Under the pieces are notes generated by a model. That model worked only from the letters and a program-made list of their open reading frames with translations. It was not told where the DNA came from and searched no databases. 64,000 bases of DNA from NCBI GenBank assembly GCA_963719075.1, contig CAVRAN010000005.1, forward strand, positions 55,310 to 119,309. The letters run 5' to 3'. This document shows positions 29,318 through 37,061 of the stretch, piece after piece (position 1 is the stretch's first letter; each line of letters begins with the position of its first letter). The DNA comes from an uncultured Verrucomicrobiae bacterium. GTDB lineage: Bacteria > Verrucomicrobiota > Verrucomicrobiia > Limisphaerales > UBA11358. The translations under genes and the position numbers were made by a program.

Positions 29318-29356
29318 GACACGAATTGCGCGAATTTTCACAAATTTAATTCGAGC
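29318..29356. repeat. CACGAAT-type repeat element
   Basis: GACACGAATTGCGCGAATTTTCACAAATTTAATTCGAG lies 15 nt upstream of the lepB start. Confidence 0.5.
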
Positions 29357-29580
29357 CAAAATACTCGTAACGCGGGCGAATGAAAGACAATTTCCCCTGC
29401 CCTGCCCCTGAAAATTTTTCTATAAAATATTGACAACCCGCTCTGCTTTTGGTGAAGTAGGCGGCGCAACAGATGAAGGGATTTAGGACATCTGATGCCG
29501 GGTCAGGGCATTTATGGAAGGGCGCAGATTCGCTCACGCAATCCTTTTCTTCCGACACTCCCGCAAGTTTGCCGCTATAC

Positions 29581-29805
29581 CGCAACCTCCGGCTGTCATC
29601 CCCTACCCTCCGTTGTTGCGCGGCGGACTTCCGGCGTCTTTCGCCGGAGTTCCGGCGTGCCGCCATTACCTTCCGTCCCGCCGTCCCGAAGCTCCGGCGT
29701 CGCTCCACTAACCTCCGGCGTTCGACGCCGGAGGTTAGTCGTGGCACGGCGGAGCTTCCGCCATCAGCGCCGGAACATCCAATTTTGCCGCCGAAACTTA
29801 ACCAA
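29581..29805. repeat. 21-bp-period degenerate tandem array (about 11 units, core CGCCGGAnnTCCGGCG)
   Basis: TCCGG or TCCGT recurs at 29588, 29609, 29630, 29651, 29672, 29693, 29714, 29757 and 29778, all separated by multiples of 21 bp. It lies upstream of CDS 29871. Confidence 0.8.
29707..29739. other. perfect 14-bp-stem inverted repeat inside array
   Basis: ACTAACCTCCGGCG-TTCGA-CGCCGGAGGTTAGT. It is not followed by a T-run. Confidence 0.7.
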
Positions 29806-29870
29806 CACGCGGCAAATCAAGCAGTTATGAAATAAAATGTAAAAATAAACACTGAAAATGGAGAAAAATT

Positions 29871-30530
29871 ATGGGAAACGATTATATACCGCCAGCCGAT
29901 GCCGAATTTCACAACTGGCTCGGCAACTTCCACGATTACGTCAATACAAATGCCGCCACTCTGGGCCTGACGCCCGGCGACGTGACGCCTTTGACAAATT
30001 CCACGACCAATTGGAACACCGCCTATCCCGCGCATCAAAGCGCGCAAAACGCCGCCGTTGGCGCAAAGGCGACGAAGGACAATGCGCGCTCCGATGCCGA
30101 AAGCGTCGTGCGCCCGCTCGCGCAGCGATTGCAGGTCAGCCCCGGCGTGACCGATGCGCAGCGCAGCGCGATGCAAATCTCCGTCCGCGCCACCACGCGA
30201 ACGGCGGCGAGCATCCCCACCACCGCTCCGGCGGCCACTGTTGATACCAGCCAGCGCCTGCGCCATATCATCAACTACAAGGATTCAGCCGGCTCCAGAG
30301 CCAAGCCTGCGGGCGTGGCCTATTGCGAAATCTGGAACAAAGTGGGCGCGCCCGCGCCGACCGACGTGAGCCAGTTGACCTATCTGGGCAACGCCAGCAA
30401 AACGCCGCAACTGGAAGAATACACCGGCGCACAGGCGGGGCAGATGGTTTGGTATTGGCTGCGCTGGGTCAACACCCGAGGCGAAAAAGGCCCGTGGAGC
30501 GACCCGGTAAGCGCAACCATTCCGGGCTAG
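29871..30530 (+). CDS. hypothetical protein (family shared with 59469..60140), C-terminal FN3-like domain
   Basis: 219 aa with GGAG 8 nt upstream of the ATG. N-terminal FHNWLGNF ... LGLTPGDV and C-terminal WYWLRWVNTRGEKGPWSDPVSATIPG parallel the 59469 protein. Confidence 0.6.
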   Translation: MGNDYIPPADAEFHNWLGNFHDYVNTNAATLGLTPGDVTPLTNSTTNWNTAYPAHQSAQNAAVGAKATKDNARSDAESVVRPLAQRLQVSPGVTDAQRSAMQISVRATTRTAASIPTTAPAATVDTSQRLRHIINYKDSAGSRAKPAGVAYCEIWNKVGAPAPTDVSQLTYLGNASKTPQLEEYTGAQAGQMVWYWLRWVNTRGEKGPWSDPVSATIPG

Positions 30531-30607
30531 ACAAATAAAAAGTAACTGCTTGACGCGATGGCGGGTTTAATTACTAAATCCGCCATTGTCTTTTAGAAGG
30601 GAGCTTT

Positions 30608-31526
30608 ATGAAAACGCGCATTAAAAATCTGTTGCCCTTGCTGTTGCTGTTGGGATTACCCGCCGTGGTGCAAGCCCAAGACGCTTACAGCACCAATGCC
30701 GACGGCAGCATCTACACTTACAGCACCAACGCCGACGGCAGTGCCAACATCGTCGCTTACGCCGGGCCTCCCTGGGTGGTGACCATTCCAACCAATATCA
30801 ACGGCCTGACGGTCACCACCATCGGGGAGTATGCGTTCGATGGTCACGACCTGACCAGCGTGACGATTCCCGACAGCGTCACCAGCATCGGAGAATCTGC
30901 GTTCGGGGCTTGTTTCAGCCTGACGAGCGTGACGATTGGCAATGGCGTCACCAGCATCGGGGAAGCTGCGTTTGGAGAATGACAGCAGCCTGACGAACGC
31001 GACCATTCCCAATGGCGTCACCAGCATCGGGGGTGGTGCGTTCGTGTATTGTTCGAGCCTGACGAGTGTGACCATCGGCAACGGCGTCACCAGTATCGGT
31101 GAGGTTGCGTTCGGGGCTTGTTCCAGACTGACGAGCGTCTATTTCACGGGCAACGCTCCGTCACCAACCAATGATTCAACTGTTTTCGGCGGCAACCCCA
31201 ACGCCGACCCCGCGACTGTCTATTACTTGCCGGGCACCACGGGCTGGGGCGCGATGTTTGACGGTCTGCCGACCGCGCCATGGTTCCTTCCGAACCCGCT
31301 AATCCTTAACCACAGCGCCAGCTTCGGCGTGCAACCCGGCGGGTTTGGTTTCACCATCTCCTGGGCAACGAACGCTTCCGTCGTGGTGGAAGCCGCCACG
31401 AATCTGGCCAATCCGGTCTGGATTCCGGTGAGCACCAACACCACCCTGACCGGCGGCACGAACTATTTCAGCGATCCGCAATGGACGAATTATCCCGGCC
31501 GTTTCTACCGATTAAGCATGCCGTAA
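30608..31526 (+). pseudogene. BspA-type leucine-rich-repeat secreted protein, frameshifted; FYRL-type C-terminal domain
   Basis: Two ORFs (30608..30982 and 30936..31526) carry the same (I/V)[19 protein letters not shown] repeat. The frame breaks at GGAGAATGACAGC (~30976-30988), where one extra base creates a TGA. Confidence 0.7.
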
Positions 31527-31547
31527 AGGTAACAGGCAATAAACCCC

Positions 31548-33338
31548 TTATGCCTTCAACACTTCAATGAACGCCTCCTGCGGGATGTTCACGTTGCCGA
31601 TGGATTTCATGCGCTTTTTGCCTTCCTTCTGCTTCTCAAGCAACTTGCGTTTGCGCGAGACGTCGCCGCCGTAACATTTCGCCGTCACGTCTTTGCGGAA
31701 TGCGCTGATGGTTTCGGATGCGACGATTTTTCCGCCGATGGCCGCCTGGATTTTCACTTGAAACTGCTGGCGCGGGATGACTTCTTTCAATTTTTCCGCC
31801 AGCGTGCGTCCCCTGCCCTCCGCCTTCGTGCGGTGGACGATGCACGAAAACGCATCCATCGGCTCGGTGTTGACGAGCATGTCGAGCTTCACCATGTCGC
31901 TCGCCATGTAATCCGCCGGTTCGTAATCCATCGAGCCGAAACCGCGCGTGATGCTTTTGATGCGGTCGTGAAAATCAATCAGGATTTCGTTCAGCGGAAT
32001 CAGGCTCGTCAGCATCACGCGCTTCGCGTCGAGCGTTTCCGTGTGGTCAACCGCGCCGCGTTTTTCGGAGATCAACGCCATCATGTCGCCGATGTTTTCG
32101 TTCGGGCAAATCACGAACGCCTTCACCATCGGCTCCTCGATTTTTTCGATGTAAGTCACGTCGGGCATGAACGCCGGATTGTCCACCTGCTTGCGCGTGC
32201 CGTCCGAGAGCGTGACGTGATAGACCACGCTCGGATACGTCGCGATGATGTCCATGTCGTATTCGCGGCGCAAACGTTCCTGCACAATTTCCAGATGCAA
32301 CAATCCGAGAAAGCCGCAGCGAAAACCGAAGCCGAGCGCGACAGATGTTTCCGAGGAATAAACGAACGCCGAATCGTTCAACTTCAATTTTCCCATCGAA
32401 GATTTCAACGCCTCGTAATCCGCCGTGTTGATCGGATAAATGCCGCTGAACACCATCGGATGAATTTCCTTGAAGCCCGGCAGCACCGGCGACGGATTCC
32501 GCGCGTCGGTGATCGTGTCGCCCATCTTCACTTCCGCCGCGCTCTTGATGTTCGCCGTGAAATAACCCGTCTCGCCGACTTCAAGTTTCTCGCGCGTGTA
32601 AGGTTTCGGATTGAAGCTGCCGACTTCCTTCACCTCGACGGTTTTGCCGGAGTGCAACAGCTTCACCATTTGTCCGGCCTTCAATTCGCCGTTGAAAACG
32701 CGGACGTGCGTGACGACGCCTTTGTAAGTGTCGAAATAAGAATCAAAACCCAGCGCCTGCAAACTCGGTTCGCCCGTCGGCTTCGGCGGCGGGATGCGCG
32801 CGACGATCGCCTCAAGAATGTCCTCGATGCCGATGCCTTCCTTCGCGCTGCACGGGATCGCGAGTTCCGCCGGAATCGCCAGCACGTCTTCCAACTGCCG
32901 TTTCGCCTGCGGCACGTCCGCGTGGCCGAGGTCAATCTTGTTGATGACGGGAATGATTTCGAGATTCAGCTTCGCCGCCAGATGATAATTCGCCACCGTC
33001 TGCGCCTCGACGCCTTGCGCCGCGTCAATCACCAGCAACGCGCCTTCGCACGCACTCAAGCTGCGGGAAACTTCGTAGGCAAAATCCACATGGCCGGGCG
33101 TGTCAATCAGGTTCAGCTCGTAAGTCTCGCCGTTCTTGGCCGTGTAAAGCATCGTGACCGGATGCGCCTTGATGGTGATGCCGCGCTCGCGCTCCAAATC
33201 CATCGCGTCGAGCAACTGCTCCGACATATCGCGCGTGGCAATCGTGCCGGTGCGATGCAGGAGGCGGTCGGAAAGCGTCGTCTTGCCGTGGTCAATGTGG
33301 GCAATGATGCTGAAATTTCTGATGTGTGCGGCATCCAT
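31548..33338 (-). CDS. lepA: translation elongation factor 4
   Basis: 596 aa. IRNFSIIAHIDHGKTTLSDRLL is the G1 motif, and the sequence is LepA-like throughout. Confidence 0.97.
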   Translation of the reverse strand: MDAAHIRNFSIIAHIDHGKTTLSDRLLHRTGTIATRDMSEQLLDAMDLERERGITIKAHPVTMLYTAKNGETYELNLIDTPGHVDFAYEVSRSLSACEGALLVIDAAQGVEAQTVANYHLAAKLNLEIIPVINKIDLGHADVPQAKRQLEDVLAIPAELAIPCSAKEGIGIEDILEAIVARIPPPKPTGEPSLQALGFDSYFDTYKGVVTHVRVFNGELKAGQMVKLLHSGKTVEVKEVGSFNPKPYTREKLEVGETGYFTANIKSAAEVKMGDTITDARNPSPVLPGFKEIHPMVFSGIYPINTADYEALKSSMGKLKLNDSAFVYSSETSVALGFGFRCGFLGLLHLEIVQERLRREYDMDIIATYPSVVYHVTLSDGTRKQVDNPAFMPDVTYIEKIEEPMVKAFVICPNENIGDMMALISEKRGAVDHTETLDAKRVMLTSLIPLNEILIDFHDRIKSITRGFGSMDYEPADYMASDMVKLDMLVNTEPMDAFSCIVHRTKAEGRGRTLAEKLKEVIPRQQFQVKIQAAIGGKIVASETISAFRKDVTAKCYGGDVSRKRKLLEKQKEGKKRMKSIGNVNIPQEAFIEVLKA

Positions 33339-33419
33339 TTACAAATCTCGAATGTCGAGCGCAACAGGATAATCGGAAAACGATTGAAGAAAAGGAAATT
33401 TGGCCGACTTGAGCAAACA

Positions 33420-33659
33420 TCAAGCCGCAACAGCAGCTTCATGTTTCAGAACCAGCAACTCCGCACGTTTCAATTCGGTTAAAGCCAGCGTTTTGCCGTT
33501 GGAATCAAGAAATTCCACCTCGAACACGCCCGGAGCGAGAACATCAACGATCGTGCCGACTTGCCCGACGCCCAATCCTTCCGCAGGCTTGTCGTCAAGC
33601 AATGCCACAATATCCAATAATTTTACAGGCGCATTAAGCACACTGTTTTTATGGCACAA
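33420..33659 (-). CDS. DUF4926 domain protein (putative antitoxin-like partner)
   Basis: 79 aa. VGQVGTIVDVLAPGVFEVEFLDSNGKT matches the DUF4926 pattern. It overlaps the upstream gene by 11 nt. Confidence 0.7.
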   Translation of the reverse strand: MCHKNSVLNAPVKLLDIVALLDDKPAEGLGVGQVGTIVDVLAPGVFEVEFLDSNGKTLALTELKRAELLVLKHEAAVAA

Positions 33660-33912
33660 AACAAGTGACTAATCTAGGAAAATCTTCTTCCGGGCGGACA
33701 TTCCAAACGCTTCTTACGAGTGCAGATTTATCGCCACGATTCAGAATAAAATCTAAAATATACCGCTGGCCATGATCTGTCTTTCGACCGAAACGGCAAT
33801 CATGTGAGCGGGCGACTGCCAGCAATTGTTCGCGCAACCAATCCGCATCATTGCGAGTCAGGCCAAGCGCCGATGCAAAAACGCGTGCCTTGTGTTTGCC
33901 CTCTTTATGCAC
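33649..33912 (-). CDS. DUF6883 domain protein (putative toxin-like partner)
   Basis: 87 aa. GKHKARVFASALGLTRNDADWL...YILDF...VWNVRPEEDFPRLVTCFV matches the DUF6883 pattern. Confidence 0.7.
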   Translation of the reverse strand: MHKEGKHKARVFASALGLTRNDADWLREQLLAVARSHDCRFGRKTDHGQRYILDFILNRGDKSALVRSVWNVRPEEDFPRLVTCFVP

Positions 33913-33995
33913 GACATCAAGCGATTAATCGCGCAATTTTGTGATGTCCACAAAAGCGCCATTGGAATTCGGCAATTTCATTTTATGAATTCCTA

Positions 33996-35273
33996 TTACA
34001 GCAATGTTTCCGCTGATTTCTTTTCAAGAAGCGATTCAAGATACCAACGACGAACTTCTGAAGTTAATTGCTGATAGACTTGCGGGTCACGACCGACACT
34101 GTGCGGGTCATCATTATTTGCATCACTTGCGTTCATCAAACTTCGGATGAGTTTTGGACCATATTTATTAAAAAATACGAATGGGTCTGTAAGCCATTCA
34201 AATTTTCCTTCTTTCTCAACTAAAAGAACACGGAAGCCAGAAATGAGAGGAATACTTAAACCTTTATCAATTGGAACATCACCTTCGACCGGCTCGGATG
34301 CCTTAAGAAAATAATAAGTGGCTTTAGCTCTTGAATTACGCTTGTCCTTTGCATCTTGAGCTTCTTTTGTTAATCCAAACTTTCCACCCTTTCCCGCTTC
34401 ATCAGGAGCATTGTATTTTGATTTGAAGTTCAAGCGAACATGGTCATGTAGACGCATGATGTCCTTGCATATTGGAGCTAATTTCCTAAATCCATGCCGG
34501 TCGTCATCAGCGACAAAGGCTTGAAGCATCTTGCCTGCATTCTTATATGCGTCTTGAGCAGGTTTTTCATCTGCAAAAAGCCATGGATTGACAGCGCTGA
34601 TAACTTGAACCACGTCAAGAATGCCCACTGGCTCTGGATCGTTTTCACTAACCCTAATGCTTTTTGCGAAATCCTTGCCTAAAGCCTCAAGCAGCCAATC
34701 AAACTTATCGCGATAACTTGCCAGCGTCCAAGCCTTGAGTGCCACGCTAAAATTTCTCGCTTCAGCAATGTCGGCAAGATCGGCTTCAATATTCTCAAGA
34801 ATTTCGAGGTGAACAAATTGGTCTGGAAAAACACGCAATTCTTTATCAATCGGGTTGGTTTTTCCGCTTTTACCTGCTGCAATAATTTTTCCAACTCGAT
34901 GGCGCTCTTCACTAACTGCGCTTTTAATACATTCGTAAGTATGTGCGCCATCAAGAATGCCAAATTGTTCTTCATCACGAGGAATGACCAGTGTCAGTTC
35001 ATTTTTTTTGTTGTCAAACTCACAATGTTTTGCCGAAATTGTGATTCCACGATTCTTGAGATGAAACTTGCCATCGTTTGATTGTAAAGAAGCGACAATC
35101 CTTTTCGGCACTGCGCCACCGGTGATTTTTGGAGTTCGAGGATCGGGGTCTAACGGAATGTCGAATGGGAGGTCATTCACATTTACAAAAGCGTGAACAA
35201 TTCGAATCTTTTCGTTATTGGGATCTTTCAGGGAACGAGTTCGTTCCGCCAAGGCAGGTATTCTGTATTTCAT
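33996..35273 (-). CDS. AIPR/DGQHR-like (ParB-fold) hypothetical protein, possible abortive-infection factor
   Basis: AT-rich ORF. FGILDGAHTYECI resembles DGQHR/DGQQR-type motifs of ParB-fold nucleases. The start is uncertain: ATG 35273, TTG 35405 or ATG 35492, with the ORF open to 35540. Confidence 0.5.
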   Translation of the reverse strand: MKYRIPALAERTRSLKDPNNEKIRIVHAFVNVNDLPFDIPLDPDPRTPKITGGAVPKRIVASLQSNDGKFHLKNRGITISAKHCEFDNKKNELTLVIPRDEEQFGILDGAHTYECIKSAVSEERHRVGKIIAAGKSGKTNPIDKELRVFPDQFVHLEILENIEADLADIAEARNFSVALKAWTLASYRDKFDWLLEALGKDFAKSIRVSENDPEPVGILDVVQVISAVNPWLFADEKPAQDAYKNAGKMLQAFVADDDRHGFRKLAPICKDIMRLHDHVRLNFKSKYNAPDEAGKGGKFGLTKEAQDAKDKRNSRAKATYYFLKASEPVEGDVPIDKGLSIPLISGFRVLLVEKEGKFEWLTDPFVFFNKYGPKLIRSLMNASDANNDDPHSVGRDPQVYQQLTSEVRRWYLESLLEKKSAETLL

Positions 35274-35504
35274 ATGTTTGTTGCGAGAGGCATTAAAGCC
35301 TGCTGCATTTATTTCTGCATTATCAGCTAGAGCACTCCATGTGCTGCCAGTGACAAGTTGAAGAATAGGGGTTTTTGATTTCGGCGCAACTTTTTTCTTA
35401 AACAAAAAAGCAAAGCCGCTTTCGCAGCCCGGCTTGTGAACCTGCCTCGTTTCTATTTCTTCACTGCGTCCGGCCGCTCCTTCGAGGAACATCCCCAAAA
35501 TGCA

Positions 35505-35525
35505 GGTAGGGTTACACCCCATAGC
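35505..35525 (+). promoter_or_regulatory. stress-promoter motif copy (GGTAGGGTTACACCCCATAGC)
   Basis: TAGCGT lies 19 nt downstream (35545..35550). It is upstream of the BON gene. Confidence 0.65.
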
Positions 35526-35597
35526 GGAGAACGGACGCATCGCTTAGCGTGTTTCAAGTATTAAAAACAAACAACTCAACAATCGAATTAAAACATA

Positions 35598-36374
35598 ATG
35601 AAAACAACCCATACGCTCGCCTTCATGGCGACGGTAAGCACAATGTTAATCACCAGCGCGCCCCTGCGCGCCGCCGACATGGACAGCCGCATCGAATCGT
35701 CCGCTGCGAACTCCTATACTTTCAAAAACTACCTCAAGGACGATTCAATCAAGACTGATTCCAAGGACGGTGTCGTCACCCTGACCGGCACAGTTGCCAA
35801 TGCGTCGCACAAATCCATGGCCGAAGATACCGTGGCAAGTTTGCCAGGCGTCAAGAGCGTGGACAATGAACTGCTGATCAATGGTGAACAACCGGCTGAA
35901 CATTCCGACGCCTGGATCACCATGAAAGTAAAAACCGCGCTGCTATTCCATCGCAACGTGAGCGGCACCGGAACCACCGTGTATACGGATGGTGGCGTCG
36001 TCACCTTGCAAGGTGTGGCCAGTAGCATGGCCGAAAAAGAACTCACTACCGAATACGCCAAGGACATTGACAATGTTAAATCGGTCAATAACGAGATGAC
36101 GATTGCTTCGACGCCGGCAGCGCCAGACGCAACCGTAGGCGATAAAATTGATGACGCCTCAATCACGGCTGAAGTCAAGTCGTCATTGATGTCGCATAGC
36201 GCGACCAGCGCCATACATACCGGAGTTACGACTACGGACGGTATTGTCACCTTGACCGGCATTGCGAAAAACGATGCTGAAAAGAGCCTCGTCACCAAGC
36301 TCACCGCCGACATCAACGGCGTGACCAGCGTGGTCAACAACATGACCATCGCCGTGCCCGTGGCCTTGAACTAA
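35598..36374 (+). CDS. BON domain protein (OsmY-like), secreted
   Basis: 258 aa with a signal peptide and three BON repeats (DGVVTLTGTVANASHKSMAEDTVASLPGVKSVDNEL and similar). Confidence 0.85.
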   Translation: MKTTHTLAFMATVSTMLITSAPLRAADMDSRIESSAANSYTFKNYLKDDSIKTDSKDGVVTLTGTVANASHKSMAEDTVASLPGVKSVDNELLINGEQPAEHSDAWITMKVKTALLFHRNVSGTGTTVYTDGGVVTLQGVASSMAEKELTTEYAKDIDNVKSVNNEMTIASTPAAPDATVGDKIDDASITAEVKSSLMSHSATSAIHTGVTTTDGIVTLTGIAKNDAEKSLVTKLTADINGVTSVVNNMTIAVPVALN

Positions 36375-36389
36375 ATAATTGACCTACAT

Positions 36390-36415
36390 TGGCTGGCGCG
36401 AAAGCGCGCCAGCCA
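36390..36415. terminator. GC-rich hairpin after BON gene (terminator-like, no clear U-tract)
   Basis: TGGCTGGCGCG-AAAG-CGCGCCAGCCA forms an 11-bp perfect stem. Confidence 0.4.
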
Positions 36416-36437
36416 GCAAACAATAAAAAGAAATTTT

Positions 36438-36590
36438 ATGTTATATACGATTGCGGTGATACTGCTCATTTTGTGGCTATTAGGGTTGGTGACCGGCACT
36501 ACGATGGGTGGTTTCATTCATGTCCTCCTCGTGATTGCCATTGTGGTGGTTTTGCTCAGAATCATATCCGGTAGAAAACCGGTGCTTTGA
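36438..36590 (+). CDS. lmo0937-family small membrane protein
   Basis: 50-aa ORF, MLYTIAVILLILWLLGLVTGTTMGGFIHVLLVIAIVVVLLRIISGRKPVL. It is too short for the ORF track. Confidence 0.7.
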   Translation: MLYTIAVILLILWLLGLVTGTTMGGFIHVLLVIAIVVVLLRIISGRKPVL

Positions 36591-36627
36591 GAAACTGTCG
36601 TCCAAAAAATCAAATTATAAATTCAAT

Positions 36628-36843
36628 ATGAACACAAAAAACATTGTTGCTCTCATTCTGGTTACTCTGGGCATTGTGGTGCTTGCCTATTCAGGCGTCA
36701 GCTTCACGACCCCGGGAAAACCCATCGTGTTCCTCGGGATGCACATTGCGACCACCGACAATCATTTTATCCCGCCAGTCGTTGGAGCGCTTGCGCTCGT
36801 TGGCGGAATCGTGTTGCTGCTCGTGAAACCCAAGAGTGTCTGA
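36628..36843 (+). CDS. small two-TM membrane protein (DUF3185-like)
   Basis: Internal start MNTKNIVALILVTLGIVVLAYSG with a second helix VVGALALVGGIVLLLV. Confidence 0.5.
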   Translation: MNTKNIVALILVTLGIVVLAYSGVSFTTPGKPIVFLGMHIATTDNHFIPPVVGALALVGGIVLLLVKPKSV

Positions 36844-36973
36844 CGAGTGGAGTCAAAGTGGACTTGAATCATTTGCACAGCCCGGACGAAATAAAATTTT
36901 GTTTGGGCCGTCATCGCCCGGCGAATACTTTTCCTCCGGTGTTCACCGGGCTTTCAATTTCTTTTCGAATCAG

Positions 36974-36994
36974 GGTAGGGTTTCACCCCATATA
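36974..36994 (+). promoter_or_regulatory. stress-promoter motif copy (GGTAGGGTTTCACCCCATATA)
   Basis: GATGCT lies 19 nt downstream (37014..37019). It is upstream of the kinase cluster. Confidence 0.6.
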
Positions 36995-37061
36995 CGAATC
37001 AATGAAATCGGTGGATGCTCGAGGATATTTCGGAAAGTTGCGCTGAATTCGGCATACCGAC

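Noticed and set aside
29741-29757. Possible sigma-54 promoter (GTGGCACGGCGGAGCTT) upstream of gene 29871; rpoN is encoded in the window
   Set aside because: The GG and GC dinucleotides are not at the canonical GG-N10-GC spacing, and the -12 element is AGCT rather than TTGC. The sequence is also part of the repeat array.
31758-33482. 574-aa ORF on the plus strand, the longest non-annotated ORF in the window
   Set aside because: It is antisense to lepA, whose product matches EF4 along its full length. The ORF product is Arg/His/Ala-rich low-complexity sequence typical of the antisense frame of a GC-rich gene. The same reasoning applies to 46013..46849 (antisense to pgi), 11670..12341 (serS), 41029..41781 (mlaA), 35729..36349 (BON), 52098..52853 (M20) and 48288..48944 (transglutaminase).
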